A DNA stretch of 64,000 nt from an uncultured delta proteobacterium (GTDB lineage: Bacteria > Desulfobacterota > Binatia > DP-6): assembly GCA_963815115.1 (NCBI GenBank), contig CAWFFN010000005.1:288001-352000 (forward strand). The letters are read 5' to 3'. The notes below the pieces were generated by a model. It ran no database searches. It was given only the letters and a program-made list of their open reading frames with translations, and was not told the origin of the DNA. The translations under genes were made by a program, and so were the position numbers. This document shows, in pieces, positions 1 through 9,192 of the stretch (its first letter is position 1; every line of letters begins with the position of its first letter).

Positions 1-627
1 GCCCGCGAGATCGCAGCGGGCGTGCGGGTGCTCGGACGGCTCGGCATCGGGCCGGGGACCCGGGTGGCGAACACGCTCCCGGGAGCGCTCGCGACCCCCG
101 GCGCGCTGCTGCTGGGCGACGTCGACGAGGCGCTCGGCGCCCTCGACGTTCCGCTCGGGACGGTGGAGAGCGAGGCGGTGGCGCGTGCGGCATGGGAGCT
201 CGTCGATCGCGTGCAGTGCGAGGTTCTGGTGCTCGACCCCGCGACGGCCGGCACGTTCTTCGCGGCCGCACCGGTCGCACCGCGTCCGTGGCTCCGGGGC
301 GTCGTGTGGCTCGTCCGGGGCGACGGCTCCCCGCTGCCGCCGGCTCCCGGCTCAGGAGCCTGGCAGCGCAGCTGGCTCGCCGTGCCGGAGGTGGCGAGCT
401 TCGTCGCCGGCTCGTGTGAGCACGGACGGCTGCACGTCGACGAGGGCGTCGACGCCGCGGTGATCGACGGCGCCCTCGTGCTGACGCCGCACGGTGCGGC
501 GGCCGCGCGCGGTGCGCTCGACACCGGCATCGCCGCGCGCCTCCTGGCGTCGTGCACCTGCGGAGCGGCCGGCCCGGCCCTCGAGCTGCCGGACGTTCCG
601 CTTGTGGCTCCGCAACCCATGCGCTAG
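1..627 (+). CDS. PaaK/phenylacetate-CoA ligase-like protein, 5'-truncated by the window edge, degenerate
   Basis: Frame open from base 1. LGIGPGTRVAN, GSCEHGRLHV and CTCG segments resemble PaaK-family ligases; ends right after the CxCG motif. Confidence 0.5.
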   Translation, partial: AREIAAGVRVLGRLGIGPGTRVANTLPGALATPGALLLGDVDEALGALDVPLGTVESEAVARAAWELVDRVQCEVLVLDPATAGTFFAAAPVAPRPWLRGVVWLVRGDGSPLPPAPGSGAWQRSWLAVPEVASFVAGSCEHGRLHVDEGVDAAVIDGALVLTPHGAAAARGALDTGIAARLLASCTCGAAGPALELPDVPLVAPQPMR

Positions 628-640
628 CGCGGAGCACGCG

Positions 641-2035
641 ATGCCGTCGTCCTCCGATCCGTTCGCCCCCTTCGCCGAGAAGCTCGCGCGCGCCGAGCAG
701 CCCGGGTTGCTGATCGAGGTGTTCCGCCGTCAGTACGAGCGGCTGCGCGCCGGCGAGACCGGCAAGGTCTCGGCAGCGGAGATCGACGCGGTCGCCGGCG
801 TCCCCGACGCCGCCGGCATGGCCCGTCATCGCGCCGCGGGGCTGGCGGCGCTCGATCGGGCCGTGGTCGTCAAGCTGAACGGCGGCCTCGGCACCACCAT
901 GGGCCTCACGCAGGCGAAGTCGCTGCTGCCGGTGAAGGGCGATCTCACGTTCCTCGACATCATCGTCCGTCAGGTCCTGCACCTGCGCGCCGCCAATCGG
1001 GTGCGGCTGCCCCTGGTCCTGATGAACAGCTTCCGGACGCGCGACGACTCCGCCCGCGTGCTCGCGCGCTACCCCGACCTGGCGAGCGCCGGTCCCGCGG
1101 ACTTCCTGCAGCACAAGGTGCCGCGCATCCTCGCCGCGGACTCGAGTCCGGTGTCGTGGCCGCGCCAGCCCGAGTACGAGTGGTGCCCGCCCGGCCACGG
1201 GGACATCTACGCCGCGCTCCAGACCTCGGGCGTGCTCGCGACGCTGCTCGACGCCGGCATCCGGTGGGCCTTCGTCTCGAACGCCGACAACCTGGGGGCC
1301 GTGATGGATCCCGACATCCTCGGCTGGATCGCGACCGAGCGCGTGCCGTTCGTGATGGAGGTGTGCGACCGGTCCGAGGCCGATCGCAAGGGCGGGCATC
1401 TGGCTCGCCGCAAGGACGGCCGCCTGATGCTGCGCGAGTTCAGCCAGTGCCCCGACGACGAGATCGAGTCCTTCCAGGACATCGCGCGCTACCGCTACTT
1501 CAATACCAACAGCCTGTGGGTCGATCTGCGCGCGCTGGCGGACGTGCTGCGCGCGACGCAGGGCATCCTCGACCTGCCCCTCATCGTCAACCGCAAGCCG
1601 GTCGATCCCGACGATCCATCGTCGCCCCAGGTCGTGCAGCTCGAGACCGCGATGGGCGCGGGGATCGCCCTCTTCGAGGGCGCCAGCGCGCTGCACGTGT
1701 CGCGCGAGCGCTTCGTGCCGGTGAAGTCGGCGAGCGATCTGCTGGCCCTGTGGTCCGACGCGTACGAGGTGACGGACGACTTCCGCATCGTGGTCTCGCC
1801 GCGGCGCGCGGCGGCGGATCTCGTCGTCGACCTCGACCCGAAGCACTTCCGGCAGGTCGGCGACCTGCGCACGCGCTTTCCCGAGGGCGCGCCGTCCCTG
1901 GTCAGGGCGCGGCGCTTCGTGGTGCGAGGCGACGTGCGCTTCGGGGGCGGGGTGGTGGTGGACGGGGACGTCGAGGTGGCCCAGTCCGGTCCGCAGCCGC
2001 TGGTCGTGCCGTCCGGCAGCCGGCTCGCCGGATGA
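641..2035 (+). CDS. UTP--glucose-1-phosphate uridylyltransferase, eukaryote-like UDPGP family
   Basis: KLNGGLGTTMG, LMNSF, WCPPGHGD, SNADNLGA, QLETAMG and RFVPVK motifs; GGAG upstream of ATG 641. Confidence 0.92.
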   Translation: MPSSSDPFAPFAEKLARAEQPGLLIEVFRRQYERLRAGETGKVSAAEIDAVAGVPDAAGMARHRAAGLAALDRAVVVKLNGGLGTTMGLTQAKSLLPVKGDLTFLDIIVRQVLHLRAANRVRLPLVLMNSFRTRDDSARVLARYPDLASAGPADFLQHKVPRILAADSSPVSWPRQPEYEWCPPGHGDIYAALQTSGVLATLLDAGIRWAFVSNADNLGAVMDPDILGWIATERVPFVMEVCDRSEADRKGGHLARRKDGRLMLREFSQCPDDEIESFQDIARYRYFNTNSLWVDLRALADVLRATQGILDLPLIVNRKPVDPDDPSSPQVVQLETAMGAGIALFEGASALHVSRERFVPVKSASDLLALWSDAYEVTDDFRIVVSPRRAAADLVVDLDPKHFRQVGDLRTRFPEGAPSLVRARRFVVRGDVRFGGGVVVDGDVEVAQSGPQPLVVPSGSRLAG

Positions 2036-2064
2036 CGCCGGGAGGGCCCGTCGCCGCCCCGATG

Positions 2065-2763
2065 CTACCTGACGGCGATGGTCCGCAGGCGCACCATCGC
2101 GGCCCGGCGTGCGATGCGCGCCGCGCGGGCGTCGAGCGCGCGGGTCGGAGCGCCCGGATTGCGCGCGCGCGGATCCGGTAGCGCCGCGGCCAGGAGGGCC
2201 GCCTGCCGCGCGTCCAGACGATCGGCTGGCACGCGGAAGTAGCGCTGCGCCGCGGCCTGTGCGCCGTAGATGCCGGGTCCCCACTCGATCACGTTCAGGT
2301 ACACCTCGAGGATGCGCCGCTTGCTCCACAGCACCTCCATCAGACCGGCGAACCAGATCTCGAGCGCCTTGCGCACGTAGGTGCGCGCCTGCCAGAGATA
2401 CACGTTGCGGGCGCACTGCATGGTGATGGTGCTGGCGCCGCGCACGCGACCCTCGTCCGCGTGGCGCCGATTCCAGGCCTGCGCCTTGCGCAGGGCGGGG
2501 ACGTCGACGCCCCAGTGGGTGAAGAAGTGCGCGTCCTCGGCGGCGATGACCGCCCGCAGGAGGGCCGGGCTGATGCGGTCGAGCGGCACCGAACGGTGGT
2601 CGATTCCCACCCACCGTCCGTGCAGCACGCCCCGGAACAGCTCGGTGATCATGAGGGGGGTCACCGGCGGGTTCGTCCATCGCACGGCGAGCACGGCGAG
2701 CGTGGAGCACAGGACGAAGATCGCCGCCATGCCACCCCCCCACCGGAGCACCCGCAGCGCCAC
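2065..2763 (-). CDS. mtgA: Monofunctional biosynthetic peptidoglycan transglycosylase
   Basis: AAEDAHFFTHWG, RGASTITMQCARN, RKALE, RILEVYLNVIEWG motifs; N-terminal TM segment. Confidence 0.92.
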   Translation of the reverse strand: MALRVLRWGGGMAAIFVLCSTLAVLAVRWTNPPVTPLMITELFRGVLHGRWVGIDHRSVPLDRISPALLRAVIAAEDAHFFTHWGVDVPALRKAQAWNRRHADEGRVRGASTITMQCARNVYLWQARTYVRKALEIWFAGLMEVLWSKRRILEVYLNVIEWGPGIYGAQAAAQRYFRVPADRLDARQAALLAAALPDPRARNPGAPTRALDARAARIARRAAMVRLRTIAVR

Positions 2764-2842
2764 GGGGCCTGCTTAGCGCGACCGGCCGGGTCCTGCACGC
2801 GCCCCTTGTGAGCGCGGGACCCCCGGGTATAGCTCTCGCGCC

Positions 2843-3964
2843 ATGGCCGAGACCCGGGTCGGGCCTCACGGGCTCGCGTTCGCGCCGACGAAGGTCGGCG
2901 TCCTGATCGACCTCGACATGGGGACGAAGGAGGACTTCCTCGCCTGCCTGCGCTTCGCCTTCGACGAGGCGCTCGAGCAGCGCGTGCTGCTGCGGCCCGT
3001 CGAGCTGCTGGTGAAGGAAGCCGTCGGGCTCCCGCGCCTCGAGGCCCACAACGCCGCCCTGGGCTACCGCTGGCTCGTCGAGCAGGGCGTGCTCTGCACC
3101 ATCGGTCCGCTGATCACCGACAACTCGATCGCCCTCGCGCCCGTCATCGATGCGGCGGGCGTGCCGGCGGTCACCTGGACGGGTACCGATCGCTACTTCG
3201 GCGAGTACTGCTTCAACCTCGGCAACGGCGGCCTGGCGGAGGAAGCGGCGATCATGGCGACCTGGATCCGGCGCAGCGGCTACCGTGCCGTCGGCATGAT
3301 CCACGAGATCAGCCCGGGCGGCGTCGAGTACGCCGCGAACTTCCGCTGGTTCGCGGCGCGCGAGGGGCTCGACGTCCTGATCGAGGCCTACACCACGCAG
3401 ATCCCCGACGACCTCGAGACCGTGCTCCGGAAGATCCGCGACCAGAGGCCCGACTGCCTCGCCTATCTCGGCTACGGCTACCCGACGATCCTGATGCGTC
3501 CGATCTTCGAGCGCCTGGGCTGGGATCCGCCACGCATCATGACCACCGCCTTCCAGTTCTGCTACGCGAAGCCCGAGTGGATGGCGGCGCTCGAGGGATG
3601 GGTCGGCGTCGACCAGATGTGCGAGCTCAACCCGCTCCTCCGCCCGATGCTCGACCGCTTCGCCGCCCATCTCGGCAGGCGGCGGGATCACACCGTGACG
3701 GCACTCAGCTACGACACCGCCCGGCTGATCGCCGAGGGCCTCGCGCGCGCCCCGCTCCTCACCCCGCGGGGGGTGAAGGAGGGGCTCGAGAAGGTGCGCA
3801 TGCTGCCGGCGGTCAACGGCGGCCCTCGCACGCACATGAGCCTCGGGCCCTACGACCACAAGGCGTACAAGGGCGATTGGCTGGTGCTTCGGCGGATCGA
3901 GAACGGCCGCACGGTCTTCGTCGACTTCCACGATCCGGCGAGCACGAGCCCGCCGGCACGCTGA
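2843..3964 (+). CDS. LivK/AmiC-like type 1 periplasmic-binding-fold protein, no signal peptide, no transporter adjacent
   Basis: KVGVL start, IGP, YDTARLIAEGL pattern of the branched-chain SBP fold. Confidence 0.7.
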   Translation: MAETRVGPHGLAFAPTKVGVLIDLDMGTKEDFLACLRFAFDEALEQRVLLRPVELLVKEAVGLPRLEAHNAALGYRWLVEQGVLCTIGPLITDNSIALAPVIDAAGVPAVTWTGTDRYFGEYCFNLGNGGLAEEAAIMATWIRRSGYRAVGMIHEISPGGVEYAANFRWFAAREGLDVLIEAYTTQIPDDLETVLRKIRDQRPDCLAYLGYGYPTILMRPIFERLGWDPPRIMTTAFQFCYAKPEWMAALEGWVGVDQMCELNPLLRPMLDRFAAHLGRRRDHTVTALSYDTARLIAEGLARAPLLTPRGVKEGLEKVRMLPAVNGGPRTHMSLGPYDHKAYKGDWLVLRRIENGRTVFVDFHDPASTSPPAR

Positions 3965-4026
3965 GCCACGCGGGCCGGCGCCCGCCGGGTCGACCCCCCG
4001 AGACGAGCCGCAAGACCAGTCCACCG

Positions 4027-4056
4027 TTGACCCCCCGAAGCGCCGGAGACTAGAAG
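4027..4056 (+). promoter_or_regulatory. Putative sigma70 promoter TTGACC-N18-TAGAAG
   Basis: -35 at 4027-4032, -10 at 4051-4056, just upstream of ATG 4071. Confidence 0.5.
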
Positions 4057-4068
4057 AACGCTCGTTCG
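4055..4068. promoter_or_regulatory. Palindromic operator copy 1, AGAACGCTCGTTCG (TetR/PaaR-like)
   Basis: GAACG-CT-CGTTC inverted repeat between -10 and ATG; same motif at 11131 and 55497. Confidence 0.65.
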
Positions 4069-4070
4069 TC

Positions 4071-5618
4071 ATGCCCCGACAGCCGCCGTCCGCCGCGCCG
4101 CTCCTGCCCACCGCGCCGGAATTCCTGCGCCTCCAGGCGGCCCGCCGGGGCGAGGCGGGCGGGCTGGTGTTCCGCGGCCGCGTGCTGCCGTTCGCCGAGC
4201 TCGCGGGCGCGGCCGACGACCTCGCGCGCTGGCTCGCCCGCCACGGCGTCGGCGCGACGTGTCCGGTCGGCCTCCTCGCCGGCAACGAGCCCGGCCTGGT
4301 CGCGGCGCTGTTCGCCATCTGGGGGCTGGGGGCCGTGGCGGTGCCGATCTCGGCGCGCTCCACGGCGGAGGAGGCCGCACGCCTCCTCACCCACGCGCGA
4401 GCCCGGATGCTGATCGCGGACCCGCCGCGGGCCGAGGTGGCGCGTGAGGCCGGGACTGCGGCCGGCGTCACGGCGGTCGTGATCGAGCCGGAGTTGCCCC
4501 TCGATCCCGCGCTGCTCCGGCGCGACGAGCCGGCGCGTGCCGCCACGCCGCGCGCACCGGTGCCGTCTGCGGTCGCTGCCATCGCGTACACCTCGGGCTC
4601 GACCGGCGCGCCCAAGGGCGTCGTGCTGACGCACCAGAATCTGCTGTGGGCGACGCTCGCCTGCGCGCAGGCACGGGGCGACGATGCCGAGGGCGTGGGG
4701 CTCTGCATGAGCCCCCTCACCCACGTTCCCGTCCTGGTGTCGCACCTGCTCTGCCGCGTGCTCCTCGGCGCCCGTGCCGTGCTGCTCGAGAAGTTCGACG
4801 TCGCGGTGGTCCTGGAGGCGGTGGCGCGATTCGCGGTCACCGATCTGCCGCTCATCGGCGGCATGGTCTTCGACGTCGTCGCGCTCGACCGGGTTCCCGA
4901 CGCCGTCCGCCAGGGCGTGCGCAAGGTGAGCGTGGGCGGCGCTCCGACGCCGATGCCATCGAAGGAGGCGCTCGGGGCGCTCTTCGACCACGCGGAGGTG
5001 ATCGAGGCGTACGGCCAGACCGAGTCGACCGACGGCGTGCTCATGGCCCGCGGCCGGAGCATCTTCGAGCGTCCGGGCACGGTCGGGCGGGTGAACCCGT
5101 ACGTCCAGGTCGCCATCCGCCGGCCGGGCGGCGCGCTCGCGGCGCCGGACGAGGAAGGCGAGATCGTCATCGGCGGGCCGACGGTGATGCGCGGCTACCA
5201 CCGTGATCCAGCCGCCACGGCCACCGCCATCCGGGACGGCTGGCTGCACACCGGCGACCTCGGGCGTCGCGACCCCGAAGGCTACTTCTTCGTCACCGGA
5301 CGGGTGAAGGACGTCATCATCACCGGCGGCGAGAACGTGTCGCCGGCCGAGGTCGAGGCGGTGCTGCGCGCCCACCCCGACGTCGCGGACGTTGCCGTGA
5401 TCGGCACCCCGCATCCGCGCTGGGGCGAGCAGGTGACGGCCGTGGTGGTCCGGCGCGATGGCTCGGCGATCGACGGGGAGGCGCTGGGGGCGTTCGTCGG
5501 CATCCACCTCGCGGCGTTCAAGCGGCCGCGGCGCATCGAGTTCGTGCCCGCGCTGCCGCGCAACGCGTACAACAAGGTGCAGACGCACCTGCTGCGCGAG
5601 CAGCTCGGAGGTGCGTGA
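4071..5618 (+). CDS. Acyl-CoA synthetase (AMP-binding, class I adenylate-forming)
   Basis: YTSGSTGAPKG, YGQTE, GWLHTGD, GRVKDVIITGGENV motifs. Confidence 0.93.
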   Translation: MPRQPPSAAPLLPTAPEFLRLQAARRGEAGGLVFRGRVLPFAELAGAADDLARWLARHGVGATCPVGLLAGNEPGLVAALFAIWGLGAVAVPISARSTAEEAARLLTHARARMLIADPPRAEVAREAGTAAGVTAVVIEPELPLDPALLRRDEPARAATPRAPVPSAVAAIAYTSGSTGAPKGVVLTHQNLLWATLACAQARGDDAEGVGLCMSPLTHVPVLVSHLLCRVLLGARAVLLEKFDVAVVLEAVARFAVTDLPLIGGMVFDVVALDRVPDAVRQGVRKVSVGGAPTPMPSKEALGALFDHAEVIEAYGQTESTDGVLMARGRSIFERPGTVGRVNPYVQVAIRRPGGALAAPDEEGEIVIGGPTVMRGYHRDPAATATAIRDGWLHTGDLGRRDPEGYFFVTGRVKDVIITGGENVSPAEVEAVLRAHPDVADVAVIGTPHPRWGEQVTAVVVRRDGSAIDGEALGAFVGIHLAAFKRPRRIEFVPALPRNAYNKVQTHLLREQLGGA

Positions 5619-5938
5619 TGGCGTGGCTGCTGCTCGTCGTCGCGAGCGCATTCGAGGTCGTGATGGCGCTCGGGCTCAAGTGGAGCCAGGGCTTCACCCG
5701 TCTCGGCGGCTCCGTCCTGGCGATCGCCGGCGGCGCGGTCAGCATGGCGCTCCTCGCGATGGCGCTCCGCAGCCTGCCCGTCGGGACCGGCTACGCGGTG
5801 TGGACCGGCCTCGGGGCCGTGTTCACCGCGCTCGTGGGCATGCTCGCGCTGGGCGAGAGCCGGGACGCGCTGCGGCTCGCCGGCATCGCGGCCGTCGTCT
5901 TCGGGGTCGTGTTGCTGCAGCTGTCGGAGCAGCATTGA
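5618..5938 (+). CDS. SMR family transporter, SugE/Gdx-like
   Basis: 106 aa, four hydrophobic helices, E13, LPVGTGYAVWTG; ATG overlaps the upstream TGA. Confidence 0.88.
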   Translation: MAWLLLVVASAFEVVMALGLKWSQGFTRLGGSVLAIAGGAVSMALLAMALRSLPVGTGYAVWTGLGAVFTALVGMLALGESRDALRLAGIAAVVFGVVLLQLSEQH

Positions 5939-5949
5939 CGGAGGGCCTG

Positions 5950-6777
5950 ATGGAGTACGAGCAGATTCGCTTCGAGGTCGCCGACCAGGTGGCGACGCTC
6001 ACCTTGCACCGCCCCGAGCGCCGCAACGCGTGGACGCGACGCATGGGCGTCGAGATGCGCGACGCCCTCCGGCAGGCCGACGAGCGCGACGACGTGCGCG
6101 CCGTCGTCGTCACCGGCGCGGGGCGCGACTTCTGCGTCGGGGCCGACCTGGAAGGCGGCGGGACGGTGTTCGACGAGGCGCGAGCCACGGAGCAGGAGCG
6201 CGGCGAGCGCCTGTCGCTGCGCGCGTGGGAGGTGCGCAAGCCCGTCATCGCGGCGCTCAACGGCGCGGTCGCCGGCGTCGGGGCCACGCTGCCCCTGCAG
6301 TGGGACATCCGGCTCGCGGGCGAGAGCACGCGCATCACCTTCGTCTTCGTGAAGCGCGGGCTCGTGCCCGAGGCGGCGAGCACCTGGCTCCTGCCCCGGC
6401 TGGTCGGCATGAGCCGTGCGACCGATCTGCTGCTCACCGGACGGCTGGTCTCGGCGCGCGAGGCGCTCGAGATGGGGCTGGTCTCGCGCGTGGTGCCCGA
6501 CGCCGAGCTGCTGCCGGCGGCGCATGCCCTCGCGCGCGAGATCGCGGAGCAGACCGCGCCGGTCGCGGTGGCGCTCACCAAGCAGCTCCTCTGGCACATG
6601 ACCGGCGAGCTCGACCCGGCGGCGGCCGAGCACCTCGACGCGCAGGTCTTCGGCTGGACCACCCAGTCGCCCGACGCCAAGGAGGGCATCCGGGCGTTTC
6701 TCGAGAAGCGTGCGGCGCGCTGGCAGATGAAGCCCACGGCCGACACGCCCCCGCTGGCGCGCTTCCGCAAGCGATGA
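5950..6777 (+). CDS. Crotonase/enoyl-CoA hydratase-isomerase family (PaaG-like)
   Basis: TLHRPERRNA, TGAGRDFCVGADL, KPVIAALNG, RGLVPEAA, EGIRAFLEKR. Confidence 0.9.
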   Translation: MEYEQIRFEVADQVATLTLHRPERRNAWTRRMGVEMRDALRQADERDDVRAVVVTGAGRDFCVGADLEGGGTVFDEARATEQERGERLSLRAWEVRKPVIAALNGAVAGVGATLPLQWDIRLAGESTRITFVFVKRGLVPEAASTWLLPRLVGMSRATDLLLTGRLVSAREALEMGLVSRVVPDAELLPAAHALAREIAEQTAPVAVALTKQLLWHMTGELDPAAAEHLDAQVFGWTTQSPDAKEGIRAFLEKRAARWQMKPTADTPPLARFRKR

Positions 6778-8381
6778 AGACGCTGGGCGCGTTCCTCGAC
6801 GCCACGGCCGCGCGCGCGCCCGGGCGCGAGGCGGTGTCGTGGGCCGAGCGCGACACGGTGAGCGAGCGCGCCACCTGGGCCGAGCTGCGCGCCGACAGCC
6901 GGCTCGCCGCGCGCAAGCTGCTCGGGCTCGGGGTCGGCAAGGGGACGCGCGTCGGGCTGCTGTGCCCCAACCGTCCCGAGTGGCTGCCGATCGCGTTCGG
7001 GGCGCTCAGGCTGGGCGCCGTCCTGGTGCCCTTCTCGACCCTCTGGAAGCGCGACGAGATCGCCTACGCCCTGGCACACGGCGACGTCCAGGTGCTGCTC
7101 GCGCGCACCGGGTTCCTGCGGCGAGACTACCTCGCGGACCTGAACGTCCTGTTCCCGGAGCTGGACGACACGGCTCCGGGCCGGCTGGCGAGTGCCGTCG
7201 CCCCTGCGCTGCGGCGCGTGGTGCTCCTGGCGCCGGGCACGCGCCGGCGGGGCGGAACGCGCGGCGCCGAGCGCTGGGACGCGATCTCCCCGGCGGCCGA
7301 CGACGGCTTCCTCGACGCCGTCGAGCGCAGCGTGTCGCCGACCGACGTCGCCACCATCTTCTTCACCTCCGGCACGACGGCGCAGGCGAAGGCCGTCGTG
7401 CACAGCCACGGCGCGCTCACCACCTCGGGCGATCGGGTGGGGGACTGTCTCGGCGTCGGCCCGGAGGATGCCTGGTGGGGCCACATGCCGCTCTTCTGGA
7501 GCGGCGGATTCGTGATCGGCGCGCTCGCCACCATGGCGGGCGGCGGCCGCATCGTGCTCCAGGAGCAGGTCGACGCCGGCAGCGCGCTGGCGCTGCTCGA
7601 GGCCGAGCGCTGCACCATCATGGCCGGCTGGCATCAGGCCGGCCCGTTGCTCGACCACCCCGACTTCGGGCGGCGGCGCCTGGCGCTGAAGAAGGGGTCG
7701 TACCATCCGCTTGCGGAACGCCTTCTCGGTCCCGATCATCTCGCCGTCGGCATGTACGGCATGAGCGAGACGGCCACCTGCGTGGCGTGCGCGCGCTGGG
7801 ACGACCCGCCCGCGGTGCGGCGCGAGACCTTCGGGCGTCCGCTCTCCGGGATGGAGGTCCGCATCGCCGATCCCGACACCGGCCGGTCCGTCGAGCCCGG
7901 AGCGCAGGGCGAGATCCTGGTGAAGGGCCCGACGCTCATGGAGGGGTACTATCGCGTCCCGCGCGCCGAGAGCTTCGACCGCGAAGGCTTCTTCCACACC
8001 GGCGACCAGGGTTGGCTCGACGCCGAGGGCTGCCTGCACTTCGCCGCGCGGCTGAAGGACGTGATCAAGACGGCCGGCGTGAACGTCGCCGCGGTGGAGG
8101 TGGAGGACGCGCTCGCCCGCCACCCAGCCGTGAAGGCGGCGCACGTCGTCGGGGTGCCGCATCCGACCCGCGGCGAGAACGTCGCGGCCTTCGTCGTGCC
8201 GCAGCCGGGCACGTCGCCGGACCCGGAGGCGCTCGCGGAGTTCGTCCGCAGCACGCTGGCCAGCTACAAGGTTCCCCGCCATGTCTTCGTCGTGGACGAG
8301 GCGGCCGTCCCCCGCACCGCAACCGGCAAGATCGAGAAGCCGGCGCTGCGCCGCGAGGCCGAGCGCCGCCTGCAGGAGTGA
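6774..8381 (+). CDS. Acyl-CoA synthetase (AMP-binding)
   Basis: FTSGTTAQAKA, YGMSE, FHTGD, PRTATGKIEK; ATGA overlap with upstream gene. Confidence 0.92.
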   Translation: MKTLGAFLDATAARAPGREAVSWAERDTVSERATWAELRADSRLAARKLLGLGVGKGTRVGLLCPNRPEWLPIAFGALRLGAVLVPFSTLWKRDEIAYALAHGDVQVLLARTGFLRRDYLADLNVLFPELDDTAPGRLASAVAPALRRVVLLAPGTRRRGGTRGAERWDAISPAADDGFLDAVERSVSPTDVATIFFTSGTTAQAKAVVHSHGALTTSGDRVGDCLGVGPEDAWWGHMPLFWSGGFVIGALATMAGGGRIVLQEQVDAGSALALLEAERCTIMAGWHQAGPLLDHPDFGRRRLALKKGSYHPLAERLLGPDHLAVGMYGMSETATCVACARWDDPPAVRRETFGRPLSGMEVRIADPDTGRSVEPGAQGEILVKGPTLMEGYYRVPRAESFDREGFFHTGDQGWLDAEGCLHFAARLKDVIKTAGVNVAAVEVEDALARHPAVKAAHVVGVPHPTRGENVAAFVVPQPGTSPDPEALAEFVRSTLASYKVPRHVFVVDEAAVPRTATGKIEKPALRREAERRLQE

Positions 8382-8382
8382 G

Positions 8383-9192
8383 ATGCCGATGCCGCAGTTC
8401 GAGACCATGCTGTTCGACGTGAGCGACCGGGTCGCCACCATCACCCTCAACCGCCCCGACCGCTTGAACGCCATGAACCAGACGCTCAAGGACGAGCTGC
8501 GCGAGTGCTGGCGGCTCGTCAAGAACGATTCCGAGGTGTGGGTGGCGATCGTGACCGGGGCCGGAAAGGCGTTCTCGACCGGCGCCGACGTCGAGGGCCT
8601 GGCGACGGGCGGCTTCACGCGGCCCGACCGCTGGCGCGAGCTGGCGCTCATCGAGGGCATCGTCGACCTCCCGACGCCGCGCCGGCAGCGCGTGTTCAAG
8701 CCGGTCATCGCCGCGGTCAACGGGGCCGTCGCCGGCTTCTCGCTCGACCTCGTCACCGAGGCCGACATCCCGATCGCGTCCGAGCAGGCCTACTTCGTCG
8801 ATCCGCACGTGTCGCTCGGCCTGGTGTCGTCGCACGAGATGGTGAACATGGCCCGCCGGGTGCCGGTCGCCGTCTGCCTCCGCATGGCGCTCCTCGGCAA
8901 GCACGAACGCATGAGCGCGCAGCGCGCCTACGAGGTCGGTCTGGTCACCGAGGTGGTGCCGCACGCGCAGCTCATGGAGCGCGCCCGCGAGCTCGCCGCG
9001 CTGATCTGCCAGAACGCGCCGCTGGCGGTGTGGGGCACGAAGATGGGGATCCTCCAGGGACTCGGGCTGCCGGTCGCGCAGGCGGAGGAGATCGCTGCCG
9101 GCTACCTCGAGGTGAACGAGCAGTCCGACGACTACCACGAGGGACCGCGGGCCTTCGTCGAGAAGCGCCGGCCGGCGTGGAAGGCTCGATGA
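8383..9192 (+). CDS. Crotonase/enoyl-CoA hydratase family (DPH subtype)
   Basis: TITLNRPDRLNA, KPVIAAVNG, FVDPHVSLG, EGPRAFVEKR; alternative start 8389. Confidence 0.9.
   Translation: MPMPQFETMLFDVSDRVATITLNRPDRLNAMNQTLKDELRECWRLVKNDSEVWVAIVTGAGKAFSTGADVEGLATGGFTRPDRWRELALIEGIVDLPTPRRQRVFKPVIAAVNGAVAGFSLDLVTEADIPIASEQAYFVDPHVSLGLVSSHEMVNMARRVPVAVCLRMALLGKHERMSAQRAYEVGLVTEVVPHAQLMERARELAALICQNAPLAVWGTKMGILQGLGLPVAQAEEIAAGYLEVNEQSDDYHEGPRAFVEKRRPAWKAR

Noticed and set aside
5560-5618. Guanidine riboswitch upstream of the SMR gene
   Set aside because: No intergenic space; the start overlaps the upstream stop
5823-8768. 981-aa minus-strand ORF
   Set aside because: Antisense to the crotonase and ligase genes; no recognisable domain
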